Source: Eledone cirrhosa (taxonomy: Eukaryota). From it: a DNA stretch of 64,000 nucleotides. The notes under the pieces are model-generated. The model had not been told where the DNA came from and did not search any database. It saw only the letters and a list, made by a program, of their open reading frames with translations. Positions 50,598-63,868 of the stretch are shown one piece after another; position 1 is the stretch's first letter, and every line of letters begins with the position of its first letter. Made by a program: the position numbers and the translations under genes. Where the stretch lies: positions 106,082,001 to 106,146,000 of the forward strand of contig OZ024744.1 in assembly GCA_964016885.1 (NCBI GenBank), written 5' to 3'.

Positions 50598-50930
50598 GTC
50601 AGATGGAAAGCCTACCATTTAGACAAGGATGCAGTTAAATAACCAATGCCTGAAGACAGGTATGAATTTAAGACCTATAAGAACCCACCGCATAACACCC
50701 TGTTGGACACCTCTGAGGAAGACCTGTTGAATATGATCAAGAATGTCAAATTTAAGAAAAGACACAAGTGCACCAATGCTTTCCTGAACTCTCTGGACTC
50801 CCTCATCACTAAAATTAAGAATGATAAACACTTATTTGTAGCCTCCAACAAAGCCAAAAACCTGTATAAGTTAGATGTAACTAGATATAGACAATTCATC
50901 TCAAATGAACTCAACAAAAATTACAAAAAA
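50598..50930 (+). mobile_element. Penelope-like element N-terminal ORF fragment
   Basis: YEFKT..PP...EEDLLNMIKNVKF...LFVASNKAKNLYK...NYKK resembles the PLE region around the DK(G/T) motif. Confidence 0.6.
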
Positions 50931-52138
50931 ATGGAAGTGTCACTACGAAAGGCTACTAAATGAGGAGAATAAATGGGAGAAAGACAGTCTCCCCCACATC
51001 GATCCAATAGAGGGACCAGCAGTGTTAGTCGAAGGTAGTATAATAAGTAAGGCAATCAAAGATATGAAGACGGGTAAGGCAGCTGGGCCTTCGGAAATAG
51101 TTGCAATAAGTAGCAGCAAGTGCCCACAGAATACTAGCTCATTCCATTGCACAGATGGTTCTATAGAAATAGTGGACACCTTCCGTTACTTGGGTGACAA
51201 TATCAGCAGTGGTGGAGGGTGCTCTGAAAGTACAGTAGCTAGAGTCAGAACTGGATGGAAAAAGTTCAGAGAGCTTATACCACTATTAGCCGCTAAAGGG
51301 TTCTCTCTAAAAATGAAAGGCAGGCTGTATGATGCCTGCATACGAACAGCAATGTTACATGGCAGTGAGACCTGGGCATTGTATGCAGAGGATATATGCA
51401 GACTGGAGAGTAACGAAGCTTGCATGCTCCGCTGGATGTGTAATAGTAATATACGTGAACGGCAAAGCATAAACGAACTAAGGGAAAATTAGAAATAAGA
51501 GGGATCAGATGTTGTTTACTCGAGAGAAGGCTACGTTGGTATGGTCACGTGATGCGCATGAAAGACGACAGCTATATAAAAAAGTGCAGGGCAATAAAAA
51601 TAGACGGTAGCCACGGAGAAGGCAGACCCAGAAAAACCTGGGACGACATGTTAAATTCTGACCTCACACACTTACACCTCTCCAAGACAATGTCACTGGA
51701 CCGAGATCTTTGGCGCTACACAGTAATACAGAAGACCCACCTTACCTAAGTACAAAGTGAAACCTACTACAGTCAGTAGGCACCTCTAACAAAAATACAG
51801 CCCCGTCCCTCTACCCCCACCCCATCCACACCACCCCTTTCAATGTAAAGTTATGTTGGTACCACAACATCCAGTCCGAAACAAAATGAGGTCCTGTAGG
51901 TGTCACAACAAAAAAACACACAGTCCACGCTGTAATGTGGCCGTGTAGGTAACACGGTAAAAACCTCCCAGTTCCACACTGTAAACGTGGTTGGTGTTAG
52001 GAAGGGCATCCAGCCATAGAAAACCTGCCAGACAGTCCTTTGCGAACAAGACAACCATTCTTGCCTCAAGTGGGAAAACTCCCGTCCAAACCCATGCAAG
52101 CGTGGAAGATGGACGTTAAACGATGATGATGATGATGA
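50931..52138 (+). mobile_element. RTE LINE copy (family of 13197-16011) with in-frame 933-bp internal deletion
   Basis: GPSEIVA joined to ISSSKCPQ at a TGC microhomology; same 3' UTR and (GAT)n tail. Confidence 0.9.
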
Positions 52139-52156
52139 TATATATATATATATATA

Positions 52157-52695
52157 ATCATCATCATCATCATCACCGTTTAATGTCCATCTTCCACGGT
52201 AGCATGGGTTAGACGGTTTTGTTCCATTTGATGCGGGAATGGTTGGGATACCGTGTCTCGCTTGTATGGAAGTGTCCCTGGCAGGTTTTTTTTACAGCTG
52301 GATGCCCTTCCTAACACCAACCACATTTACAGTGTGGACTGGGAGCCTTTTTACAGTGTCTCCTACACGACCACCTTACAGTGTGGACTGTTGCGTCATC
52401 GACACAGTGGACGGACGGGAAAGGGAGGGTGGGGTAGGAGTGGGGGTGGGCTTTGGGTGTACATTGGTTTAAGAGGTGCCTATATCATCATCATCATCAT
52501 CATCACCGTTTTACGTCCGTTCTTCCACGCTAGCATGGGTTAGATGGGTTGTCCTGTTGTGGGCAGTGTCTGGTCGGCTGACCATGCCTTGCTCATACAG
52601 GAACTGATTTGACTTGATTTCTACAGCTGGATGCCCTTCCTAACACCAACCTCATTTACAGTGAGTGCTGGGTGCTTTTTTGCCGTGGCACCTCC
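52157..52695 (-). mobile_element. Two adjacent RTE 3'-UTR-only insertions
   Basis: (CAT)n tails at 52157 and 52484; the second is near-identical to 34200-34400. Confidence 0.85.
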
Positions 52696-52968
52696 ATATA
52701 TATATATATATGTGGGAGCCCCTGCATGGATACACTGGAAGAGGAAGACCGAGGTTAACATATGTTGATGCCCTAAGGGCAGACACTGGTCTCTTGGAAA
52801 CACAGGACATGGTAGCGATAATGTGGGACAGAGATCGCTTGAGAGAACTCGTCCAAGGATCTCAGGAATTTTAGCCGCCCTAGATAGATATGTATATATA
52901 TATATAATATATATAATGAATAAGACTGTATAGATATATACAATACTCAAACAAGTGGAAGAAATAAT

Positions 52969-53155
52969 TGTTTCTACGTTAGGCACAAGGCCAGCAAATA
53001 CCCAGTACATTACTGGTACTTTATTTTATCGACCCCGTAAGGATGAAAGGCAAAGTCAACCTCGGCGGGATTTGAACTCAGATTGTAAAGGGACGTAACT
53101 ATGCTGGAAAGCATGGCGTCCGACCCTCTACCGATACTGCCAATCCACCGTATTG
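52969..53155 (-). mobile_element. Nin-type SINE with 15-bp target duplication (another copy at 53520-53710, older ones at about 49195 and 49790)
   Basis: AGTGGAAGAAATAAT at 52954 and 53156. Confidence 0.9.
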
Positions 53156-54426
53156 AGTGGAAGAAATAATAATGAAAAAATACGGTAATGAAGACCCAAT
53201 ACACTGATTCCCACGTCATGAAAAGGGGTGCTAGGGCCTCCCTCTAATACCTTTTGAGGCAAGCCAACACACAGTATTGTTGTCTATGACAACAAGGCCA
53301 AGGGGCTGGAATAACCAAGCACCCTTATCAGGAACATCGCCAGCGATGATGAGAACTTCCTTGTCATCAACGGAGCTCTCTAAAATATTTTGAATGTCAC
53401 ACTTTTATCAGTGTTCCAATTATTGATTAGTTTGATTAATTTATCGATATCAGCAACATCTTGTTGATACAAAGATACTATATAGTGATAGTATGTAGTG
53501 ATACTATATAGAGATACTGTAATTGTTTCTACTTTTTGGCACAAGGCCAGCAATTATCCCAGTGTATTACTAGTACTTTATTTTATCAACCCTGTAAGGA
53601 TGAAAGGCAAAGTTAACCTTGGCGGGATTTGAACGCAGACCGTAAAGGGCCGCAACTCTGTACTGAAAAGCTTGGCGTCCGATCCTCTACTGATACTGCC
53701 AATCCACCAATCCATAGAGAGATACTATAATGATAGTATGTAGTGATACTATCGAGAGATACTATATAGTATCACTATATAGTGATACTATTGAGAGATA
53801 CTATAGTGATACTATACAGATATGTTATATAGAAATACTATACAGTGGTAATATTGTTTCACTATATGGTGATACTATAGAGAGAAATCTATACATCGAT
53901 ACTATATAGTTATACTATAATGATACTATAGAGATACTATATAGAGTTATATTATACAGAAACACTATACAGTGAAGGCAATAGTTAAATTGTAGATATA
54001 GAGATACTACACTAGGACACTAGTTAACAGGGTTTATTTTAAAGAAATTTTAGAATTACACAGACATTTGAGACAGGTGTCATGACCCAGTGTTTGATAT
54101 TCTCAGAGTTTCAGAAACATTTCAATGGTTATTTTAAACATTTAATGAATGTTTTGTGCTTTTTAACTGCAATTTACCATGTAAGATTGGTGTGGAGAAT
54201 TTGGTTCAAAATTTAAATTTACTGCATTGGATCAACTACATATTAAAATAATCACTGGGACCTCAAAATTAGATTTAGAACTGGACTAGCAGGGGTCAAC
54301 TGCACAAGCAGGAGTCAACAACAGAAGCAGGGGTTAAAAGAATAACTGCAAGTTGAGAATCCTGTCTTAAAGAAATAACAGTATTATTTTCTATCTCTAC
54401 AAAAGCAGCTTTAGAATGTGGATATC

Positions 54427-56990
54427 TGTAGTGAGTGAAAATAAGATTGTTTGTTTGTTGGTGTGACCAGATGTAGTTTGCATTATTAGTGATTTGGTTA
54501 GTCACTTATTCATTGTAGTGTGGGAGAATTTGTAGTAGTAAATATTGGCTTGATGGGTGATACCATGAGTTACTCTCTCACATATAAAATACTGTGTGTA
54601 TATTTGTGACGTGTGGCAAATGAAATGTATCGCTCAGTGGGTCTGGATTGTGTTGCTGTAATCGTTGCCATAGCCAATAGTCTAAAGTTCAAACTGAAGC
54701 AATATTCAATGAACAATAATAAAAGCAGCTACTTTAATAATTTTTATTAAGAAATAACTTACGTCAAAGTTATTTTGATAACACAGAAAAAACAACGAAA
54801 CATCAAAAATTATGTTATGTTTTGTGTGCTTGGTTTTATGTGAATGTTGTACTAGTCAGAAAAGATGCATGAAACTAACCTCTGTTGGAATCAATCAGGA
54901 GTATGGTTGTCTCAGCTTACTGGCTGGAGTATCAGGTGGTAACTAGTGTTGTGGTTGCTGTAACAAACTGAGCTGGATTGATGGCTGTCTCAGCTTACTG
55001 GCTGAAAGGGTAGAGACCCAACAAGTCAGAGTGAATCTGTTGGTAAATTACATTGTTCTGATCTTTGTTGTGGATTAACCCAATCTGGTTTGCTGGACAG
55101 TTGGGAGCAGACTATGATAATTCTGTTGTTGACAATAACCAGGTGACCCTTAGAAAACTGTATTCTTCCAGTCAGTTTGGTGACAAGAGTTCCGAAAATA
55201 AAGAAAGTAAAATATGCCAAGTCAGTATAAGGGAAATTGTTTCTCTATGAAGTGATAGATCATTGTGTGTGGTCACATGATTTACTTCACCAACTGGGGG
55301 AACAATAGTTCAAATCTCATCCCAATCAATACGAGTGTAGTGACCAATAATGGTCACAACAATGGTAAAGTATTGAACAGAAAGAGTACAGTTTGAAATA
55401 GTGGGATCAAGAGCATTCTGGTTGCCAACATGTAGAGCTGAGAGTCGCTCAACCTGGTTGCATAAGCTGCACATACATTCCTCAATTTGCAGGGAAGTGA
55501 AGACTAAATTTTGAAGTAAAAGCTGTAGCTATTTGTGTATGGTTGCATGTATGAATGCAGAAAGTGAAGTTTGCACGTTTTTCCCTGTCTTCAAAACTAG
55601 TTGAGATAGAAGAGAGAAGAAAGAACTATCGCGCAAAATTTCGCATAAATCAATTACATAGATTTTGTGCTTGTGTGCAAAAAATTTTGAAAAAGTTGTA
55701 ACTGTGTGCATGTGAGTGTGTATGTGTGTGTAAACATCTAATACAGATAACAAAAAACATGCAATGAAATTGATGAAAAAATATAGCAATGTCAAAAATG
55801 CAAAACATTGAATGTGAATGAAGAAGCAACATTTTGAAAAATACATGGTATAGTTTACATTTGTAGTCAAATGTTTTAGAAAGGGAAAAACAGTATAACT
55901 GCCTGAAACAATTGAGTTCAGTTTTTTTCTTTCATTTTCTTTTTCTTCTGTGTACTTTTTGTTTTGCTGCATCAAGTCTGTCATCACTGCCAGAGATGGA
56001 TACTGTTGTTCATTCATTCATTTCATTTCATTTTACATCTGCTTTTTCCCTGCTTGCAAGGGTGTGACGGGAACTGATTTTGGCTTGATTTCTACAGCTG
56101 GATGCCCTTCCTAACACCAACCTCATTTACAGTGAGTGCTGGGTGCTTTTTTGCTGTGGCACCTCCACGACCACTACAGCTGAGTAAACTAGAGCAACGT
56201 GAAATAAAGTGTCTTGCTCAAGGAAACAACACATCACCCGGTCTGAGAATTGATCTCACAACCTTTCGATTGCAAGGCCAATGCTCTAACCACTAATTGT
56301 AAATGTTGTTGATGTTGTTGTTGCCTCAGAATTGTTGTAACGATGCATGAGTGATATCAAGAGAATCTGGAAAACAAGGTTGTGTTCACTGTATATGTGT
56401 TTGTTTCGATCAAAACTCTGTTTCCTTGTTCAAAAGTTGGTTTTTGTGTTCAATTGTTGATGCTTACTTTGTTAATCAGAGTTCTTTTGTTCTAAGGTTG
56501 AGGATCACCAATTGTTGTGAGGGGATGTTTGCAGTGTAGTTGTTTTCCTATATTATCAGAAAGCTGCATCAGAAAACTACATATTCATTTGTTGGGGTCA
56601 CCAAATGTTGCGGGTGAAAATAAGAATGTTTGTTTATTGGTGTGCAATTTGTATTAATGGATTCGTTGGTCAGTTGTTCATTGTAATATGGCAGATATGT
56701 GTAGCAATAATTGTTGACTTGATGGGCTGTTTTGTGAGTAACTCTCTCCCATATATAGTATTGTGTGATTGTGTGATAGTTTGAATGAACTGTGTCTCAG
56801 TGAGTAGAGATGTGGGGGTCGCCATAGCCAGTGGTTGAAAGCTGAAGGTTGAAAATGAAATTACTATTAGCAATATTCAATTAACATTAACAATAATCAT
56901 TTTATTAAGAAAGGTTGGTGTGTAGTTGCATAATTTATATCACCAACTGGGGAAACAATAGTCCAAATCTCTCTGCTAGGATTTGTTACA
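54427..56990 (-). mobile_element. Non-autonomous Gypsy-like LTR element
   Basis: TG...CA termini, TATC target duplication (54423-54426, 56991-56994), 5' LTR 56990-56606 followed by PBS-like TTTGGTGACCCCAAC, 3' LTR about 55330-54427, no pol. Confidence 0.7.
56015..56296 (-). mobile_element. tRNA-derived SINE (family of 41449), internal deletion
   Basis: Reverse-complement homology. Confidence 0.88.
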
Positions 56991-58186
56991 TATCAGCTAT
57001 AGATGTAGATATCAGCTATAGATTGAAGATATTAGCTATATATTGTGGATATCAGCTATAGATTGTAGATATCTATAGATTGTGGATATCTATAGATTGT
57101 GGATATCAGCTATAGATTGTTGATATCAGCTATATATTGTAGATATCAGCTATATATTGTAGATATCAGCTATAGATTGTGGATATCAGCTATATATTGT
57201 AGATATCAGCTATAGATTGTGGATATCAGCTATAGATTGTGGATATCAGCTATAGATTGTGGATATCAGCTATATATTGTAGATATCAGCTATAGATTGT
57301 AGATATCAGCTATAGATGTAGATATCAGCTATAGATTGTGGATATCAGCTATATATTGTAGATATCAGCTATAGATTGTAGATATCAGCTATATATTGTG
57401 GATATCAGCTATAGATTGTAGATATCTGCTATATATTGTAGATATCAGCTATAGATTGTGGATATCAGCTATAGATTGTGGATATTAGCTATAGATTGTG
57501 GATATCAGCTATATATTGTAGATATCAGCTATGGATTGTGGATATCAGCTATATATTGTAGATATCAGCTATAGATTGTGGATATCAGCTATATATTGTA
57601 GATATCAGCTATAGATTGTGGATATCAGCTATATATTGTAGATATCAGCTATAGATTGTGGATATCAGCTATAGATTGTGGATATTAGCTATAGATTGTG
57701 GATATCAGCTATATATTGTAGATATCAGCTATAGATTGTGGATATCAGCTATATATTGTAGATATCAGCTATAGATTGTGGATATCAGCTATATATTGTA
57801 GATATCAGCTATAGATTGTGGATATCAGCTATAGATTGTGGATATCAGCTATAGATTGTGGATATCAGCTATATATTGTAGATATCAGCTATATATTGTG
57901 GATGTCAGCTATAGATTGTGGATATCAGCTATAGATTGTGGATATCAGCTATAGATGTAGATATCAGCTATAGATTGTAGATATCAGCTATAGATTGTGG
58001 ATATCAGCTATAGATTGTGGATATCAGCTATAGATTGTGGATATCAGCTATTGATTGTAGATATCAACTATAGATTGTAGATATCAGCTATAGATTGTGA
58101 ATATCAGCTATAGATTGTAGATATCTGCTATAGATTGGGGATATCAGCTATAGATTGGGGATATCAGCTATATATTGTGGATATCT
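56991..58186. repeat. Tandem minisatellite, 20-bp unit AGCTATAGATTGTGGATATC, about 60 copies
   Basis: Directly visible; one diverged unit lies on the other side of the LTR element at about 54407-54426. Confidence 0.96.
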
Positions 58187-58261
58187 TTATAATATTAGAT
58201 TTATCTTCAAAATCAGAAGTGTTCAGTAAATATCAATTAGGATAGGTGAGTATTTTAATAC

Positions 58262-58404
58262 CTGTTTCAGAGTCTTTGACAAATTATTGCTCCAATTTTT
58301 TGTATCTTGGTTTTCTGCTATTTTTAGTGTTGGAACCAAAGTTGGTGCCATCTTCACTGGAGACATTTCTTTCTCTTTGCATGAAAAAAAAAAAGAATTA
58401 AAAT
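58262..58404 (-). CDS. Exon C of minus-strand gene (...KEMSPVKMAPTLVPTLKIAENQDTKNWSNNLSKTLKQ); acceptor uncertain (58404, 58374 or 58372)
   Basis: Donor CAG|GTATTA in phase 0; open frame; A11 homopolymer makes start phase ambiguous. Confidence 0.55.
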
Positions 58405-58721
58405 CTTAAAGTAGAACAAAATGATTTCAAAGTTTGATTTTTAAAATGAATTTGTTGTTGACCTTCAATCATGAATGACCTTCAGTTTGTCGTTGACCTT
58501 CTTCAGTCAGAAGTCACCTTCAGTTTGTGGTTAATCTCCTCCAGTCATGAATGACCTTCATTTTGACCTAGAAAGTTTCCATCTGAGGTACAAGATAGGG
58601 TAAGGTGTAGGTGCCACGACAAAAAGCACCCAGTACACACTTGCCTCAAATTGGACAACCCATCTAACCCATGCCAGCATGGAAAGTGGACGTTAAACAA
58701 TGATAATGATGATATCATCAT

Positions 58722-60235
58722 CACCATCATCATCATTTTACATTCACTTTTCCCTGCTGCAAGGGTTGGACAGGTCCTCTTCAGCACAGCATCTCCTCAG
58801 TGAATTTCAGCGATCTGAGGTCAGTTCTCACCACCTCCGCCCATGATTTTGTGGTCTTCTTCTACTGTGCCTTCCTTCCACTGGGATTTCTTGGCACTTC
58901 TTCACCCAGCGGTCATCCTCCATGCACATCACATGTCCATACCAATGCAGTCTTCTCTCCTGCACACTAAAGTTTATCCTTCTTATACACAGTTTCACTC
59001 TCAACTCGTCTATGCTCGGTCGTTCACGCACATTGACATTGTACATCCATCAGAGCATGCTTGCTTCATTTCTCTCTAGCCTTCACATATCCTCCACAGT
59101 TGTTGTCCATGTCTCACTGCCATGCAGCATCACACATCTCACACAGGCATCATATAACCAACCTTTCGTTCATGGGGAGAAACCCTTCATTGTCAACAGA
59201 GGAAGCAGTTCCCTAAACTTCTTCCATCCTGTCTTTATTCTAGATACTATGGCCTCAGAGCAGCCTCCTCCCATGCTAATCTGATCACCTAGGTATCAGT
59301 AGCTATCAACCAACCACCTCTATAGATCCTACCTACATTTGAAAAATGTGCCTATCACTGACACCAATTTTCCCTGTACATCTACCACATATGAAGTTTC
59401 CCTTCCTGTTAGTTTGCCTACTATCCCACTACTACTATCCCATCTTTTGTGTACCCAAGATCTGCATTGTGTACGTTTTATAGAGTTTATGCCAACTTCT
59501 TTTCTACATATCGCATATGACCATTTCCTTGATGGAATCAGAGTTTTGTCCTCTTTTCTACTCATCAACACTTTTGTCTTAGCTAGGTTCACTCTCAGTC
59601 CTCTTGATTCCAACTGCTGTTTCCATAACCAGAATTTATTCTCTAGCTCCTCTACTGATTCTGCTATAAGAACCAGATCGTCAGCATAGAGAAGTTCCCA
59701 TGGACAGCCAGTCTTAAACTCCTCTGTTATGACTTGGAGGACTATAATGAACAAGAGCTGGCTGAGGACAAACCCTGATGTACTCCTACTTGTATCTGGA
59801 ATTCCTCACTAAACTCCATTCCTACCCTGACTTTACTGAGAGTACCTCTGTACAAAGCTTGCACTGTCCTCACAAGCCATTCCTCTAAACCTACTTTCCT
59901 TAGGGACCACCAGCTGACAGATCAGTTTACTCTATCAAAGGCCTTCTCTAAGTCAACAAAAGCTAAATATAGTGGCTTATTCTTCTCTAAGAACCTCTCT
60001 TGTAGTTGTCTCACTAAGAGGAGGGCATCTGTTGTACTTTCCCCAGGCACAAAACCAAACTTCATCTCATCTAATTTGACTCTTTCTCTAGTTAGTTGTG
60101 CTAGCACTCTTTCTGTCACTTACATAACCTGATCCATCAGTTTTATGTCCCTATAATTGCTCCTATCCAGAGCATCCCCCTTTACTATTGTAACAAGTAA
60201 CATGTATGCTGCTGCACCAGTCTTTGGGTATGACT
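58722..60235 (-). mobile_element. RTE LINE 3' half, degraded (a separate + strand 3' UTR piece at about 58600-58715)
   Basis: EMKFGF, FVDLEKAFD, EEFKTGCPWELLYADDL, WYGHVM. Confidence 0.9.
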
Positions 60236-60325
60236 ACAACAATGACATAACTCAGAGAACCACAAGGACACGTATTTCTTTGAATGAACTCAACTTGTTT
60301 AAGAACCTTGCCTTCATATTTATGA

Positions 60326-60518
<193 letters not shown>

Positions 60519-60535
60519 AGAAGGCATGGTCCTAC

Positions 60536-60632
60536 CTTTCCATATTTTAATTTATGTTTCAGAGGTGTTAAATAATTGTTATATAAGTTGGTGACCAAAG
60601 GATGTAGGTACAATGATGAGGAGTTCTTCAGC
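60536..60632 (-). CDS. Exon B of minus-strand gene (LKNSSSLYLHPLVTNLYNNYLTPLKHKLKYGK)
   Basis: Acceptor TAATCAG|, donor AAG|GTAGGA; only open frame is phase 2, matching exon A. Confidence 0.6.
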
Positions 60633-60808
60633 CTGATTACACCAAAGTTATTGATTGCAATGAGGAAATATAACACTAACAATCAACTAACATATATATA
60701 TATATATGTATTGAAATTTCCGTTGAAAACAGAAAAGGTCATAGAAGTGAAGAGTGCTCTATGTAGGTACCAGAGCAAAATTTAATGTATAAAAATCAAT
60801 ACAATATA

Positions 60809-60886
60809 ATTACCTCATTACCAGAGGTTTCCCGAATGAGGCGAATACGAAAGAAACGTCTTCATTCGTTCGTCAGATGAGGCAAT
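60809..60886 (-). ncRNA. Type I hammerhead ribozyme fold
   Basis: Stem I ATTGCCTCAT/ATGAGGTAAT; CTGACGA; stem II CGAATGA/TCATTCG; GAAA; stem III ACC-TCT-GGT; GUA triplet; A.G mismatch at base of stem II. Confidence 0.7.
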
Positions 60887-61319
60887 ATAAAACATGGGTA
60901 AATACTTGGAAAGTCTCATCAAGAAAAGCAAAAAAAAATATATAGACAAATGAATTACAATATGAAATATATAAAAATCTTTCAAGAAATATAGTTAGGT
61001 GTGTGTATATGTATGTATATACGCTCACAGATGTGCATATATGTGTATGCACATATGTATACGTATAGTGAAAAAGTGTGCGTAAATATAAAATTTAGGG
61101 CAAATGTATCTGTGTGTCTGTAATCTACAGACAGAATAGATACATCATAAGAATATGAAGGCTCGCGCATAAACACACCTACACTTATATGTGGAAGTAA
61201 AAGAGGTAAGAGAGTGTAATAATTAAAGGAAAGTATCAATCTCGATATATTTATAAAAATGGAACAATAATATATATATATATATATATAGAAAGAGGGA
61301 TGATATATATATATATATC

Positions 61320-61600
61320 ATCCTAACACCAACCACATTTACAGTGTGGACTGGGAACTTTTTAGCGTGTTACCTACACGACCACATTACAACGTGGACT
61401 GTGTGTTTTTTTGTTGTGACACCTACACAACCTTTGTAGTTTGGATTGGATGTTGTGGTACCAACATAACTTTACAGAGAAAGGGTGGGGTGTTGGCTGG
61501 AGTGGGAGGGTGGAGTAGGGGTAGAGGGGCCTACTGACTGTAGGTTAACTTTGCACGTAGGCAAGGTGGGTCTTCTGTATTACTGCATGGCACCAAAAAT
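61320..61600 (-). mobile_element. RTE ORF-end/3' UTR fragment
   Basis: Homologous to 15605-15900. Confidence 0.8.
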
Positions 61601-61601
61601 C

Positions 61602-61639
<38 letters not shown>

Positions 61640-62036
61640 GCAAAGCTGCTTTAAATAAAACTGAAATACATGGGAACAATTTCCTCTTCAGCCATCCACT
61701 GGTAATGCCATTTCATGTGTAAGAATGGTACTGCATAATATTGAGCTTAGGTTGCATGATGGTTAAGAAGAAGCCACCAGAAAGATGTATTTGAGACAAC
61801 ACAACACCATAGAGATAGAGGAGAATAAGTGAGTGTCTTATGGCTGGAAGTAGGACAGGATATGATATAGAAAAGTTATGCAAATGATAATGTTGGAGGG
61901 AGGGAAACATAAATAGATTTTTGACAAGAAAAAGAAGGGAGCATGTGTGTGTGTGGGGGGAGAGAGAGAGAGGGAGAGAGTTGTCACACTGGTAAGTAAA
62001 TAATTAGTTAATTAAATAAGGAGCTTGAAGCTTTAA

Positions 62037-63565
62037 ACCTTTAGCATTTACATTACTCTATATATACTATTATATTTTCACTGTAAAGGGTTTACCTCAC
62101 ATAATATCTCACATAACATTTACATTACTCTATATATACTATTGTATTTTCACAGTAAAGGTTTTACCTCACATAATATCTCACATAACATTTACATTAC
62201 TCTATATATACTATTGTATTTTCACAGTAAAGGTTTTACCTCACATAATATCTCACATAACATTTACATTACTCTATATATACTATTGTATTTTCACAGT
62301 AAAGGTTTTACCTCACATAATATCTCACATAACATTTACATTACTCTATATATACTATTGTATTTTCACAGTAAAGGTTTTACCTCACATAATATCTCAC
62401 ATAACATCTCACATAACATTTACATTACTCTATATATACTATTGTATTTTCACAGTAAAGGTTTTACCTCACATAATATCTCACATAATATCTACATTAC
62501 TCTATATATACTATTATATTTTCACTGTAAAGGGTTTACCTCACATAATATCTCACATAACATTTACATTACTCTATATATACTATTGTATTTTCACAGT
62601 AAAGGTTTTACCTCACATAATATCTCACATAATATCTACATTACTCTACATATACTATTATATTTTCACTGTAAAGGGTTTACCTCACATAACATTTACA
62701 TTACTCTATATATACTATTGTATTTTCACAGTAAAGGCTTTACCTCACATAATATCTCACATAACATTTACATTACTCTATTTATACTATTGTATTTTCA
62801 CAGTAAAGGCTTTACCTCACATAATATCTCACATAACATTTACATTACTCTATATATACTATTGTATTTTCACAGTAAACGCTTTACCTCACATAATATC
62901 TCACATAACATTTACATTACTCTATATATACTATTGTATTTTCACAGTAAACGCTTTACCTCACATAATATCTCACATAACATCTCACATAACATTTACA
63001 TTACTCTATATATACTATTGTATTTTCACAGTAAACGCTTTACCTCACATGATATCTCACATAACATTTATATTACTCTATATATACTATTGTATTTTCA
63101 CAGTAAAGGCTTTACCTCACATAATATCTCACATAATATCTACATTACTCTATATATACTATTGTATTTTCACAGTAAACGCTTTACCTCACATAATACC
63201 TCACATAACATTTACATTACTCTATATATACTATTATATTTTCACTGTAAAGGGTTTACCTCACATAATATCTCACATAACATTTATATTACTCTATATA
63301 TACTATTGTATTTTCACAGTAAAGGCTTTAACTCACATAATATCTCACATAACATTTACATTACTCTATATATACTATTGTATTTTCACAGTAAAGGCTT
63401 TATCTTATATAATTATCTCACTTAATATCGAATCTATGAGATTTTGATATTATTTATTTTGAGAACAATACCTTAACATCAGTATGAGAGGTCGGTTACA
63501 GCTGGTTTAAACAGAAAAAATGTGAGAGAATTTAGCTGGATATGGCTGGTTTAAATGCTAAAGGC
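62037..63565 (-). mobile_element. piggyBac-type MITE inflated by an internal 72-bp tandem array (about 19 copies, 62046-63410)
   Basis: TTAA on both sides, both TIRs present, unit homologous to the reverse complement of about 26140-26210. Confidence 0.9.
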
Positions 63566-63787
63566 TTAAAGTAGTAATAAATTACAAACTTACAGACAGA
63601 TGAAATGGAATACATGGGACAAATGTGTGTGTGTACACACATGTACATATACATGTGTGTATGTGTGCGCACATATAATATACATGTGTACATGTATACA
63701 TGTGCACATATAATATACATGTGCACTCATATGTATGTGGAAGAGTTTGAATGTTTGTGTGTGATTATAAGTGAGAGAGTTTCTTAC

Positions 63788-63868
63788 CTTAATGAGTCAA
63801 TCATTTCACAGTAAGCCTTATTTTCTTGGCTTAAATCTCTAATTAGGAGTTCAAGCTGTTTATTTTGT
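63788..63868 (-). CDS. Exon A of minus-strand gene; heptad coiled-coil-like (QNKQLELLIRDLSQENKAYCEMIDSL)
   Basis: Acceptor TTTTAATCATCAG|, donor AAG|GTAAGA, 81 nt, open in phase 2. Confidence 0.68.

Noticed and set aside
16997-53710. Minus-strand bias of Nin-type SINEs (about 7 of 9)
   Set aside because: Too few copies, and the bias spans both genic and intergenic parts
53470-54010. Degenerate GATACTATA-rich repeat region
   Set aside because: Low-complexity decayed simple repeat with no further structure seen
62142-63425. 427-aa repetitive ORF
   Set aside because: Consequence of a 72-bp MITE-derived unit; non-ATG start; antisense within a putative intron
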